A stretch of 62,970 nt of DNA from an uncultured Bacteroidota bacterium (GTDB lineage Bacteria > Bacteroidota > Bacteroidia > 2-12-FULL-35-15), in assembly GCA_903919535.1 (NCBI GenBank), contig CAIXIP010000220.1:1-62970 (forward strand), read 5' to 3'. This document shows, piece by piece, positions 46,701 through 55,489 of the stretch (the first letter of the stretch is position 1; each line of letters starts with the position of its first letter). The position numbers were made by a program, and so were the translations under genes. The notes under the pieces are model-generated. The model made no database searches, was not told where the DNA came from, and saw only the letters and a list, made by a program, of their open reading frames with translations.

Positions 46701-47214
46701 GCAGTTGAATAAACAAATTCAAAAATTAAAAGAAGGACTGGAAAAAAATGGAAATAAGCCTGGCAATAAACCAGGAATGAATGGTTCTGGAATGAGCCAG
46801 GAATTAGCTAAACTTGCGGCACAGCAAGAAGCTATTCGTCAGCAATTGCAACAAATGGCAGATCAATTGAATAAAGATGGTAAAGGCGGAGGTAATGTAG
46901 GTAAGCTTGCCGAAAAAATGGAAGAAACCGAAACCGATCTGGTAAATAAATTGCTTAGTAATGAAACTTTAAAGCGCCAACAAGAAATTTTAACCCGCTT
47001 GCTAGAGTCCGAAAAGGCAGAGAAAGAGAGAGAAATGGACGAAAAAAGACAGTCCAATGAAGCAAAAAATGAAAATTTAAGTAACCCTAATGAATTTTTA
47101 GAGTATAACAGACAAAAACAAAAAGAAACGGAATTATTAAAAACGGTTCCACCGTCTTTAAACCCCTTCTTTAAGTTGAAAGTCAATGAATACTTTAATA
47201 AATTCGAAGAATAA
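43789..47214 (+). CDS. Large membrane-anchored protein with K/E/Q-rich coiled-coil C-terminal half (DUF4175-like)
   Basis: 1141 aa. Two or three N-terminal TM helices, a beta-rich middle region, and about 500 aa of KEQ low-complexity coiled coil. Family name from memory. Confidence 0.6.
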   Translation: MSEYQYQSLIEKLDEFIRKYYKNQLLRGFIYSVGLVLLFFVSVTALEYYAHFNTSVRTVLFYSFIITSLFILVNYIAIPLSKLYKFGKIISHEEASSIIGKHFSNVQDKLLNVLQLQQIANSEKGNSQQLTNNNQQLIEASINQKTKELKPIPFTSAIDLSENKKYLKYAFVPISLIAIILFAAPSIITDGTKRLVKHSDYFEREAPFQFVITNTDLKTVAQEDYQLKVKLTGNEVPDNVFVEIEGNEFKLDKENIVNFNYTFKNVQKNISFQLSADGFKSKEYELVALPNPILLNFDIALNYPKYLNKKDEVVKNTGDLVVPAGTKVNWNFNTQNTKQLRLNFNDTSFAVNPAAENAFNYSARLFRDKTYSVTTSNQFLKSKDSVTYTINVIPDAYPQISVDEKKDSNSTRRISFRGEVKDDYGFNKLTFNYRFIVNNDSSVTDNYKKITTNTTAVSINKAVTQDQFYHYWDMNELGVNPGDQIEYYFEIWDNDGVTGSKSTRSQKMVFKAPTLKELSENTDKNNNKIKDDLEESIRQAKDVQKELADLQRKVAEKKNLTWEEKKKLQELLDKQKDLQKKVEKIKNENQQNNQQQSEYKQPDEKILEKQKQLEELFDKVMTPELKEKYNELQKLLEKLDKDKVQEALEKMKLDNKDLMKELDRNLEIFKQMEFEQKLQESINKLDDLAKKQDDLAKKTEEKKTDANEQKAKQDDLNKQFEDVKKDLKDLEKKNSELEEPKKMENTDQKQEDIKKDMQSSSEELSKNQKKSASKSQKSAAQKMEQMSQDMAKMQQSMEQEQQTEDINKLRDILENLIQLSFGQEALMGELSKANTNDPQYFKINQKQKKLQDDSKMIEDSLLALSKRVPQIQATVNREISAINMNMGKASDEIKDSQTASFDGKNHKQEGVSRQQFAMTSINNLALMLNEALSQMQAEAKKKPGPPGSGSCSKPGGNGKKPSMANLRQMQEQLNKQIQKLKEGLEKNGNKPGNKPGMNGSGMSQELAKLAAQQEAIRQQLQQMADQLNKDGKGGGNVGKLAEKMEETETDLVNKLLSNETLKRQQEILTRLLESEKAEKEREMDEKRQSNEAKNENLSNPNEFLEYNRQKQKETELLKTVPPSLNPFFKLKVNEYFNKFEE

Positions 47215-47631
47215 ATGGTACTTGCAGAAAATCAAAAAATAAGAATTTCTTCTAAATCCGAGAACATCATTCTTGTTGAGCGTATGATAGAAGATGTTTG
47301 CGATCTTTTTAATATAAGTGAAGATTATTATGGAAATATTTTGGTAGCATTAACCGAGGCTGTAAATAATGCAATCTACCACGGTAATGCTGCAAATCCA
47401 CAAAAGAGTATTGATATTTACTTTAAATCGTTTTCTGATCATGTTTCTTTTACTGTAAAGGACGAAGGAATAGGTTTTAACTTTTCTAACCTGCCAGACC
47501 CTACTAATCCTGAAAATATCGAAAAACCAAATGGTCGAGGTGTATTTTTAATGCGAAATCTTGCTGATAAAGTTTCATTTGAAGACAATGGAAGCAAGGT
47601 GATTCTAGACTTTAAAGTTTCTGTCAACTAA
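47215..47631 (+). CDS. RsbW/SpoIIAB-like ATP-binding protein (HATPase_c_2, anti-sigma-factor-type Ser kinase fold)
   Basis: 138 aa. The ATG immediately follows the upstream TAA. N-box LTEAVNNAIYHGN; G-boxes VKDEGIGF and NGRGVFLM. Confidence 0.75.
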   Translation: MVLAENQKIRISSKSENIILVERMIEDVCDLFNISEDYYGNILVALTEAVNNAIYHGNAANPQKSIDIYFKSFSDHVSFTVKDEGIGFNFSNLPDPTNPENIEKPNGRGVFLMRNLADKVSFEDNGSKVILDFKVSVN

Positions 47632-47679
47632 TAAAATATTTAATACATCATTACACAACCCGTGCTACTCCAAACGCAC

Positions 47680-47723
47680 AAATAGGCAAATGTTAATTAA
47701 TTTTAACGGATGCCTATTTTTTT
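47680..47723 (+). terminator. Rho-independent terminator
   Basis: AAATAGGCA (47680-47688) / TGCCTATTT (47711-47719) followed by a T-run. Confidence 0.5.
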
Positions 47724-47770
47724 ATGCCTCACCTCGATCTTATTAGGTCAATACTCGGAAGTAAAATCTT

Positions 47771-47778
47771 TATCTTTG
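47771..47778 (+). promoter_or_regulatory. -7 box TATCTTTG only 4 nt before the ATG at 47783 (near-leaderless transcript)
   Basis: Perfect TAnnTTTG match directly upstream of the start codon. Confidence 0.4.
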
Positions 47779-47782
47779 TTCC

Positions 47783-48127
47783 ATGGATATTGATTTAGAG
47801 AAAAGTTTTCAAGCAGCCTTAAAAAAATTAGCACCACAGTTTGGAGAAGGACTAGATATGCAAGCGGTATTATTTTTAATTGGCGTGCAAGAATTGGGAA
47901 AAGGATTCATAAAACTTTCAAAAGAAGAAAAGTTGGATGTGTTGCATATAGCAATATGCACATTGCTTGCACCTTATGGCTTTTATGAATACGAAGGCTT
48001 AGATAAAGATGGTTGGCCACATTGGAAAGCAAATGAAAAATTGCCACCACTCAAACCAGGACAGCAGCAACAGCTAATGAAACAAGCTATTATTGATTAT
48101 TTTAATACAAAAGAAATGGTAAATTAA
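47783..48127 (+). CDS. Hypothetical cytoplasmic protein
   Basis: 114 aa ORF with coding-like composition. No motif recognised. Confidence 0.5.
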   Translation: MDIDLEKSFQAALKKLAPQFGEGLDMQAVLFLIGVQELGKGFIKLSKEEKLDVLHIAICTLLAPYGFYEYEGLDKDGWPHWKANEKLPPLKPGQQQQLMKQAIIDYFNTKEMVN

Positions 48128-48135
48128 TTTTGGAA

Positions 48136-48501
48136 TTAATACTTTAAAGTTACTGTTACTTCAGCACTCTTCCCTGGTTCATCCAAACGAATAACCCCAA
48201 CACCAGTCATCCCTGGGTATTTAGCCACTTGAGTAGCTTTCACATCAAATATTGCAGGAAGCTTTACTTCAAAAGACACCACACCTGAACCATCAGTAGT
48301 TCCAGTATAAGTTACTTGTCCGTTAACCGAAGGAGCTGCCAATAACACTGTTGCTATTGCAACAGGTATTCCTGCAGTATCAACAACAGTTACTTTACCA
48401 TGACATGTTTTATCCTTTTTGCACGAAGGAGTTGAAATTGCTGTAATCAGCAATAAAAAAACAATAGCAAATGAAGAAAATTTTAGAAAAAACGTTTTCA
48501 T
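48136..48501 (-). CDS. Small lipoprotein, beta-rich (carboxypeptidase-regulatory-like fold possible)
   Basis: 121 aa. Signal plus lipobox ISTPSC; alternating beta pattern. Confidence 0.55.
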   Translation of the reverse strand: MKTFFLKFSSFAIVFLLLITAISTPSCKKDKTCHGKVTVVDTAGIPVAIATVLLAAPSVNGQVTYTGTTDGSGVVSFEVKLPAIFDVKATQVAKYPGMTGVGVIRLDEPGKSAEVTVTLKY

Positions 48502-48593
48502 GGTTGTTGGTTTTGTATTTGTAAAATACTTTTTTTGTACTATTTATACAACTCTTAATTATCTTTACAATTAACAAATCTAAAAAAATATTC

Positions 48594-49436
48594 ATGAATA
48601 ACAAAAAACTCTTCATAGCTTTTTGCTTAGCCTCATTTTCTTTTTTGTTTTTCTCATCTTTTAAATCTTTCAAAGATGGAGGATCAGGAGAAATAAAGGT
48701 AATGATAACAACTGATTATGGTGTAATAAAAATAAAACTATATAATGAAACTCCACTTCATCGTGATAATTTTTTAAAATTAGTAAAAGAGCATTACTAT
48801 GACAGTTTATTATTTCATCGAGTAATTCGAAGCTTTATGGTACAAGGCGGTGATCCGGATTCAAAAACAGCTATTCCGTTAATGGAATTAGGAAACGGAG
48901 GGCCTGGATATACAATTCCTGCAGAGTTCAATCAACAACTTTTTCATAAAAAAGGAGCTTTAGCAGCAGCTCGCGAAGGCGACCTTGATAACCCATTACA
49001 GGAATCATCAGGCTCACAATTTTATATTGTTCAGGGGCGGGTTTTTACAGATTCATTGCTCAAATTGCAGGCAAAGCGCATAACGAAGATGAAGTTATAT
49101 AATGAAATAATTAATTCAGCTGAAAATAAAAGTATTCTCGAAAAATATAAGACATACGTTAAAGCAGAACTATTTGACAGTGTTAAATATGTAAACGACA
49201 TTATCAATAAACAGGTCGAACAAAAATTGCCAACAGCAATGCCATACCAATTTACAGAAGAACAAATAAAAGCTTATACAACCGTTGGCGGAAGCCCGCA
49301 TTTAGATAACAGTTATACTGTTTTTGGAGAGGTATACGAAGGCTTTGATGTGATTGAGGAAATTGCCAAACAAGGAGTAGATAAAAACGCAAGGCCGCTT
49401 ACGGATATTCGAATGAAAATATCATTAATTCCGTAA
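48594..49436 (+). CDS. Cyclophilin-type peptidyl-prolyl cis-trans isomerase
   Basis: 280 aa. Signal peptide; FHRVIRSFMVQGGDP, GSQFYIV and YTVFGEV. Confidence 0.9.
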   Translation: MNNKKLFIAFCLASFSFLFFSSFKSFKDGGSGEIKVMITTDYGVIKIKLYNETPLHRDNFLKLVKEHYYDSLLFHRVIRSFMVQGGDPDSKTAIPLMELGNGGPGYTIPAEFNQQLFHKKGALAAAREGDLDNPLQESSGSQFYIVQGRVFTDSLLKLQAKRITKMKLYNEIINSAENKSILEKYKTYVKAELFDSVKYVNDIINKQVEQKLPTAMPYQFTEEQIKAYTTVGGSPHLDNSYTVFGEVYEGFDVIEEIAKQGVDKNARPLTDIRMKISLIP

Positions 49437-49461
49437 CTTCGCGCCATTAATTTTTAGATAA

Positions 49462-50484
49462 ATGAAAGATAGAATAGACGAATTGTTAAATGAGATTGAA
49501 GCTTTTACCGCTAGCAGTAAAGAGCATGTGGAAGAATTTCGTATAAAATTACTTAGTAAAAAAGGAAAAGTAAAAGAATTGTTTGAAGAGTTTAAAACAG
49601 TTGCACCTGAGTTGCGTAAGGAGTTCGGGCAAAAACTCAATGACCTTCAAAATAAAGCACAGGAAAAATTAGATCATTTAAAAGAAAAATTTGAAAGTTC
49701 GGACGATAAAACAGATCAAAATATTGACCTAACATTGCCTTCTGAAACTTTTGCTGTTGGCTCTCGCCATCCTTTGTCGTTAGTGCGTAATCAAATAGTA
49801 GAAATATTTTCGCGCATTGGTTTTACCGTTTCTGAAGGTCCGGAAATTGAAGATGATTGGCATAACTTTACTGCATTGAATACGCCTGCTGATCACCCTG
49901 CACGCGACATGCAGGATACATTTTACATAAATGAAAATCCGGATATCGTATTGCGAACTCAAACATCATCGGTGCAAGTACATGTGATGGAAGGCTCACA
50001 ACCTCCTATCCGTACAATTTCTCCAGGTCGCGTGTATCGTAACGAAGCAATATCTGCTCGTGCACACTGTCAATTCCATCAGGTGGAAGGTTTATATATT
50101 GATAAAAAAGTTTCGTTTGCTGATTTGAAACAAACGTTGATGTATTTTTCAAAAGAAATGTTTGGTGAGGAAACACAAATACGCTTGCGTCCTTCCTTCT
50201 TTCCATTTACAGAGATAAGTGCCGAAATGGACATTTCTTGCCCTTTCTGCAAAGGCGATGGTTGCAATATTTGTAAAGGAGCTGGTTGGGTAGAAATTTT
50301 AGGTTGCGGCATGGTTGATCCTGCGGTACTTGATAACTGTAAAATCGATAGTAAAGAATATAGTGGATTTGCTTTTGGAATGGGTATTGAACGTATTACA
50401 ATGCTTAAATATCAGGTTAAAGATCTTCGTTTGTTCTTTGAAAATGATCTTCGTTTTTTAAAACAATTTAAGCCGGTAATCTAA
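49462..50484 (+). CDS. pheS: Phenylalanine--tRNA ligase alpha subunit
   Basis: 340 aa. HPL..V...I, ADHPARDMQDTFY, RTQTSSVQ, FFPFTE.S.E and GMGIERI. Confidence 0.95.
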   Translation: MKDRIDELLNEIEAFTASSKEHVEEFRIKLLSKKGKVKELFEEFKTVAPELRKEFGQKLNDLQNKAQEKLDHLKEKFESSDDKTDQNIDLTLPSETFAVGSRHPLSLVRNQIVEIFSRIGFTVSEGPEIEDDWHNFTALNTPADHPARDMQDTFYINENPDIVLRTQTSSVQVHVMEGSQPPIRTISPGRVYRNEAISARAHCQFHQVEGLYIDKKVSFADLKQTLMYFSKEMFGEETQIRLRPSFFPFTEISAEMDISCPFCKGDGCNICKGAGWVEILGCGMVDPAVLDNCKIDSKEYSGFAFGMGIERITMLKYQVKDLRLFFENDLRFLKQFKPVI

Positions 50485-50486
50485 TT

Positions 50487-50807
50487 ATGGCTGCTACCCG
50501 CCTTCTACAAATTCAGGAAATGCTGAAAAGCGAACCCAACGATTCGTTCCTGAATTATGCATTGGCATTGGAGTTAGCGAAATCAAATGAAATAAAAAAA
50601 TCAATAGAAATTATTGAAGCATTGCTTCAGCGTGAGCCGGATTATCTTGGCGCATATTATCAATTAGGAAAATTTTACGAACAAAGTAATTCCATGGAAA
50701 AGTCTATTGAAGCTTATTCCAGAGGAATTGTTATTGCAAAAAAAAATAATAATAGAAAAGCAGAAAGCGAATTGAATGAAGCGCTTTTTGTTTTGAAGGA
50801 TGAATAA
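50487..50807 (+). CDS. Small TPR-like protein
   Basis: 106 aa. TPR-like helices (FLNYALALELAKSN, AYYQLGKFYEQSN). Confidence 0.6.
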   Translation: MAATRLLQIQEMLKSEPNDSFLNYALALELAKSNEIKKSIEIIEALLQREPDYLGAYYQLGKFYEQSNSMEKSIEAYSRGIVIAKKNNNRKAESELNEALFVLKDE

Positions 50808-50843
50808 AAAAATAAAATAGTATAACCTATTAAATCCAATCAC

Positions 50844-52307
50844 ATGAGCACAGCAGTAAAAAATTTACAACCAACCGAATTATGGAACCATTTCGCTGAT
50901 TTAAATGCAGTTCCTAGAGGTTCAAAAAAAGAAGAAAAAGTAATTGTATTCATCAAGAATTTTGGTGAAAAATTAGGACTTAAGACCATTGTAGACGAAG
51001 TTGGAAATGTGATTATTTACAAACCTGCTTCAGCAGGAATGGAACACTTAACAACGATTGTGTTGCAAAGTCACTTGGATATGGTGCATCAAAAAAATGC
51101 AACAACAAACTTTAATTTCGATACACAAGGAATTGAAATGTTAGTTGATGGTGATTGGGTAAAGGCAAATGGCACTACGCTTGGAGCAGATAACGGTATT
51201 GGCGTTGCTTCTATCATGACACTGCTTGCAACCAAAACTATTCCACATCCTGCTATTGAAGCCTTGTTTACTATCGATGAAGAAACAGGTATGACGGGCG
51301 CTTTGAATTTAAAAGGTGGATTATTAGATGCTAAAATATTATTGAATTTAGATACAGAAGATGACGATGAGTTAACTATCGGTTGTGCCGGAGGCGTTGA
51401 TGTTACAGCTATATCAAGCTATGAACAAGAAAACGTAGGCGCAAATGCAAAAGCATTTCGTATCACATTAAATGGTTTAACTGGCGGACATTCAGGGATG
51501 GATATTCATCGCGGAAGAGGTAATGCAAATAAGTTGATGAATAGAATTTTATCACAAGCCACTGAACAATTTGGTTTACGAATTTCTATTATTGATGGTG
51601 GAAGTTTACGCAATGCGATTCCTCGCGAATCATTTGCTGAGGTGATGGTTGAAGAAAAGAATGTTGCAGCATTCACAACATTTATTTCTGCACAAGAACA
51701 AATATTAAAAGCCGAACACAACACAACAGATCCTCATTTAAAACTTGCTGCGGAATCAATAAGCGCTCCTGCAAAAGTGTTTTCTTTTGCATTTCAGAAA
51801 AAATTGATTCGCTCGATTTATGCTTGCCCGAATGGTATTTACAGAATGAGTCCGGATATTGCAGGACTCACACAAACATCAAACAACGTTGCTCGCGTAT
51901 TGGTAAAAGACGGAAGTCTTTCTATTCAATGTTTAACTCGTAGTGCTGTTGATTCAGAAAAAATGGATCTGGCAGAAGCAATCAAATCTGCATTTGAATT
52001 GGCAGATGCGTCAGTAACATTTGCAGGTTCTTACCCAGGCTGGGCGCCAAAACCGGATGCAGCTATTGTGAAATTAATGAGTAATTTATACAAAGAACGC
52101 TACAACGAAAATGCAAAAGTAAACGCCTGTCATGCAGGATTAGAATGTGGAATTTTAGGAACAAATTATCCGGAAATGGAAATGGTTTCTTTCGGACCAA
52201 ACATTCGCGGGGCACATTCACCGGATGAAAAAGTTCAGATCTCTTCTGTACAAAAATATTGGGAGTTTTTATTGGAAACATTGAAGAGGATTCCAGCTAA
52301 AAATTAG
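50844..52307 (+). CDS. pepD: Aminoacyl-histidine dipeptidase (M20C, PepD)
   Basis: 487 aa. N-terminus LQPTELWNHFADLNAVPRGSKKE; HLDMV, GADNGIG, DEETGM and a PepD-typical C-terminus. Confidence 0.85.
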   Translation: MSTAVKNLQPTELWNHFADLNAVPRGSKKEEKVIVFIKNFGEKLGLKTIVDEVGNVIIYKPASAGMEHLTTIVLQSHLDMVHQKNATTNFNFDTQGIEMLVDGDWVKANGTTLGADNGIGVASIMTLLATKTIPHPAIEALFTIDEETGMTGALNLKGGLLDAKILLNLDTEDDDELTIGCAGGVDVTAISSYEQENVGANAKAFRITLNGLTGGHSGMDIHRGRGNANKLMNRILSQATEQFGLRISIIDGGSLRNAIPRESFAEVMVEEKNVAAFTTFISAQEQILKAEHNTTDPHLKLAAESISAPAKVFSFAFQKKLIRSIYACPNGIYRMSPDIAGLTQTSNNVARVLVKDGSLSIQCLTRSAVDSEKMDLAEAIKSAFELADASVTFAGSYPGWAPKPDAAIVKLMSNLYKERYNENAKVNACHAGLECGILGTNYPEMEMVSFGPNIRGAHSPDEKVQISSVQKYWEFLLETLKRIPAKN

Positions 52308-52356
52308 TCTCAAATAAATGCCTTTGGGTGATAAAACCAACAGAAAAAAATGAGCT

Positions 52357-52857
52357 ATGCGGTTGAATAATAAAATAAAAACAGGAACTATTGTTATTGT
52401 GTTGTTATTTATTGCCTTAAAAGGATATGCACAAAATGAAGTGAGTAATGATACTTCATCTAGAAAAAAAATAACAGTTGTAAAAAACAACTATTTCTAT
52501 CTGGATAATCGTATGAATGAAAAAACCTTACACCTGCAATTAGTGCAAAAAAATAACAAAAAAATAAATCAACTTGTTGAAGAATCAAAAAGCACAAAAA
52601 AATTTCAATACGTAATGGGGTTTATGGCTGTCCCTTTTGCTGGAGTTGCGGGGTATTTATTTTATAGAAGTTCTCACTCAAGAGTTGTGGGTATTTCAAA
52701 TGGACAGATAGGTTCTCGGTCAAATGGTAATTTTATGTTTTTAGGAGTGCTGTGTTCTGTGCTAACAGTAGCTTGTCCTTTGTCTACACTGCATTATAAA
52801 AAGCAGCGCGCAAAATATAATTTACAAGCAATAAAAATTTATAATGAGAGTTGGTGA
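52357..52857 (+). CDS. Hypothetical membrane protein
   Basis: 166 aa. Signal-like N-terminus and two internal hydrophobic helices. Confidence 0.45.
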   Translation: MRLNNKIKTGTIVIVLLFIALKGYAQNEVSNDTSSRKKITVVKNNYFYLDNRMNEKTLHLQLVQKNNKKINQLVEESKSTKKFQYVMGFMAVPFAGVAGYLFYRSSHSRVVGISNGQIGSRSNGNFMFLGVLCSVLTVACPLSTLHYKKQRAKYNLQAIKIYNESW

Positions 52858-52916
52858 TAAATCCAATTTAGTAACCAGCACTGTGGCATATGTGAAAAAC
52901 TTCCTATAAAGATTGG

Positions 52917-52982
52917 GAATGTGAAATAAAAAGAGTCCCCAAAAAGTTTAAACTTTTTGGGGACTCTTTTTATTTCACATTC
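52917..52982. repeat. 66-bp perfect palindrome (33-bp arms), probable bidirectional terminator
   Basis: GAATGTGAAATAAAAAGAGTCCCCAAAAAGTTT | AAACTTTTTGGGGACTCTTTTTATTTCACATTC. The right arm ends 1 nt before the ALDH stop codon (52983). Confidence 0.8.
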
Positions 52983-54539
52983 TTAAATATTAAAATTAAT
53001 TCCTTGTGCCAACGGCAAGCTTGTACCATAATTAATAGTATTCGTTTGTCTGCGCATGTATGCTTTCCAAGCATCAGAGCCAGATTCACGACCACCACCA
53101 GTTTCTTTTTCACCACCAAATGCACCACCAATTTCTGCTCCTGATGTTCCGATGTTTACGTTTGCAATTCCACAATCAGAACCTGCTTGTGATAAAAATA
53201 ATTCCATTTCACGCATGTTGTTTGTGAAGATAGAAGATGATAAACCTTGAGGAACACCATTTTGCATAGCAATCGCTTCTTCAATTGTTTTGTATTTCAT
53301 TACATAAAGTATCGGAGCAAATGTTTCTTCCTGAACGATATGATATTCGTTTTTTGCTTCAATGATACAAGGTTTTACATAACATCCGCTTTCATATCCT
53401 TCTCCTGTTAATACGCCACCTTCAACAATTATTTTAGCACCTTCTTGTTTAGCTTTTTCAATAGAGTTTAAATAATCTTGTGTTGCATTTTTATCAATCA
53501 ATGGACCAACGTGGTTATTCGAATCCAAAGGATTTCCAATTTTTAATTGGCCATAAGCATTTTTCAAAACAGTAATTGTTTTATCATAAATGCTTTCATG
53601 AATAATTAATCTTCGTGTAGAAGTACAACGCTGACCAGCAGTTCCAACAGCACCAAACACAGCACCAACTAACACCATTGATAAGTCAGCATGTTCAGAA
53701 ACAATGATGGCATTGTTTCCACCTAATTCTAAAATGGTATTTCCAAAACGCTCTGCAACAGTTTTTGATACGTGTCTGCCGATACGTGTTGATCCTGTAA
53801 AAGAAACCAACGGAATACGTTTATCGTTATTTATCAAGTCGCCTGATTCGTTACCAATTACAAGGCAACTAACACCTTCAGGAACATTGTTTTTCTTTAA
53901 TACATCAGCAATAATATTCTGACAAGCAATTGCGCACAGTGTTACTTTTGAACTTGGTTTCCAGATACAAACATCTCCACAAACCCAAGCTAAAGCAGCG
54001 TTCCAGCTCCATACAGCTACAGGGAAGTTGAATGCAGAAATAATTCCTACAACACCAAATGGGTGCCATTGTTCATACATGCGGTGCATTGGGCGCTCGC
54101 TATGCATTGTTAAACCATATAACTGGCGTGATAATCCAACTGCGAAATCGCAAATGTCAATCATCTCTTGTACTTCACCATAACCTTCTTGAAGGCTTTT
54201 TCCCATTTCATAAGAAACTAATTTTCCTAATGGTTCTTTGTATTTGCGCAATTCATCACCAATCTGGCGAACAATTTCTCCACGTTTAGGTGCAGGCATT
54301 AAGCGCCATGTTTTAAAAGCTTCTTCAGCAGTAGCCATTACATTTTTGTAATCTTCGGCAGTTGCAGCATTCACGCTTCCAATCAATTGCCCATCAACTG
54401 GTGAATAGGAATCTATTTTTTTCCCTTTTGTTGCTATGTGTTTTAAACCGGTACTTGCACCGTAGTTAGTTTCTTTAATTCCTAGTTGTTTTAATACTTC
54501 AGAAATTCCGAAAGTGTTTGCAGTAAGTGTTGTTGACAT
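52983..54539 (-). CDS. Aldehyde dehydrogenase, ALDH7 / aminoadipate-semialdehyde (piperideine-6-carboxylate) dehydrogenase-like
   Basis: 518 aa. ELGGNNA (catalytic Glu) and GTAGQRCTSTRR (catalytic Cys). The N-terminus resembles ALDH7-type enzymes. Confidence 0.8.
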   Translation of the reverse strand: MSTTLTANTFGISEVLKQLGIKETNYGASTGLKHIATKGKKIDSYSPVDGQLIGSVNAATAEDYKNVMATAEEAFKTWRLMPAPKRGEIVRQIGDELRKYKEPLGKLVSYEMGKSLQEGYGEVQEMIDICDFAVGLSRQLYGLTMHSERPMHRMYEQWHPFGVVGIISAFNFPVAVWSWNAALAWVCGDVCIWKPSSKVTLCAIACQNIIADVLKKNNVPEGVSCLVIGNESGDLINNDKRIPLVSFTGSTRIGRHVSKTVAERFGNTILELGGNNAIIVSEHADLSMVLVGAVFGAVGTAGQRCTSTRRLIIHESIYDKTITVLKNAYGQLKIGNPLDSNNHVGPLIDKNATQDYLNSIEKAKQEGAKIIVEGGVLTGEGYESGCYVKPCIIEAKNEYHIVQEETFAPILYVMKYKTIEEAIAMQNGVPQGLSSSIFTNNMREMELFLSQAGSDCGIANVNIGTSGAEIGGAFGGEKETGGGRESGSDAWKAYMRRQTNTINYGTSLPLAQGINFNI

Positions 54540-54649
54540 GAGAGTTTTTTTTAAATTATTGGGATAGCAAATTTAGCAAAAAACGATTGGCTTTAAATTC
54601 TTTTTAGACGAATTTTGAAATTGCAGTGTCAAGCCAAGCAAACTGCTTG

Positions 54650-55429
54650 TTATTTCTCCTTTGGAGGATTTATAATAACAGCAAGTTTTGAAGCAATAAA
54701 TGAAGCAATAGGAGTAAAGGTGGAGGAAACAATTTTTTTCGGATTGTTTTCTTTTGAAGAAAAAGTGGAAGTAGCTAAACCGGCAGAAATTGTTTTTCCT
54801 GTTTTATCGATAATGGAATAATGGACAGCTACTTGCCGCTGATATGTGTCGGAAGCCATATCGTATGAATCCATGATAGTGGTAATATCCAACTCATTTA
54901 TAAAAACAAAATACTCAACTTTATACTTTTTATTTAAATAGGTCAGCACTTCCAAATTAGGAAGTTTTGTATTCATAAATTTTTTATCACTATTTATTTC
55001 AACGGCAACTTGCCCATTTTTTATTCCTTCTTGTTTTTTTGTAGGAGCTGTAGCTGCGGTTGGTTGATTAACCAATTCATAAGATAAATTGCTTGAAAGG
55101 TAAGTGTATTCAAGGTCTTTCGACATTTTAGTTGAATCGGAGTAAAAAGAAACAACAGGTGCAATACTTTGAAATTTAAGTTTTAGTTGTGTATCTAATT
55201 GATGTCTAAAATTTTCGCGTATCTGGTTAAAATTCCATTTTGTTTGTTGATTAACCTTTTGATCAATCTCACTCATGTATAGCTTTGGTTCAAATGGAAC
55301 AAGCAATATTTTTCCTGATTGAGTAGAACTTGGAGCGGTATTAGTTCGTGTTCCTTCCTGAGCCAGAGTCAAAAAAGGCAAAAGAAAAAACACGAAACAA
55401 AAATGGATACACTTTTTAAAATGGGTCAT
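54650..55429 (-). CDS. Hypothetical secreted protein
   Basis: 259 aa. Signal peptide CFVFFLLPFLTLAQ. No other motif recognised. Confidence 0.5.
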   Translation of the reverse strand: MTHFKKCIHFCFVFFLLPFLTLAQEGTRTNTAPSSTQSGKILLVPFEPKLYMSEIDQKVNQQTKWNFNQIRENFRHQLDTQLKLKFQSIAPVVSFYSDSTKMSKDLEYTYLSSNLSYELVNQPTAATAPTKKQEGIKNGQVAVEINSDKKFMNTKLPNLEVLTYLNKKYKVEYFVFINELDITTIMDSYDMASDTYQRQVAVHYSIIDKTGKTISAGLATSTFSSKENNPKKIVSSTFTPIASFIASKLAVIINPPKEK

Positions 55430-55489
55430 CTATTATCTTGCAATAATTTTAAAAAACTCCTATTTATCAGTAATGCTGTAGTAAATTAT

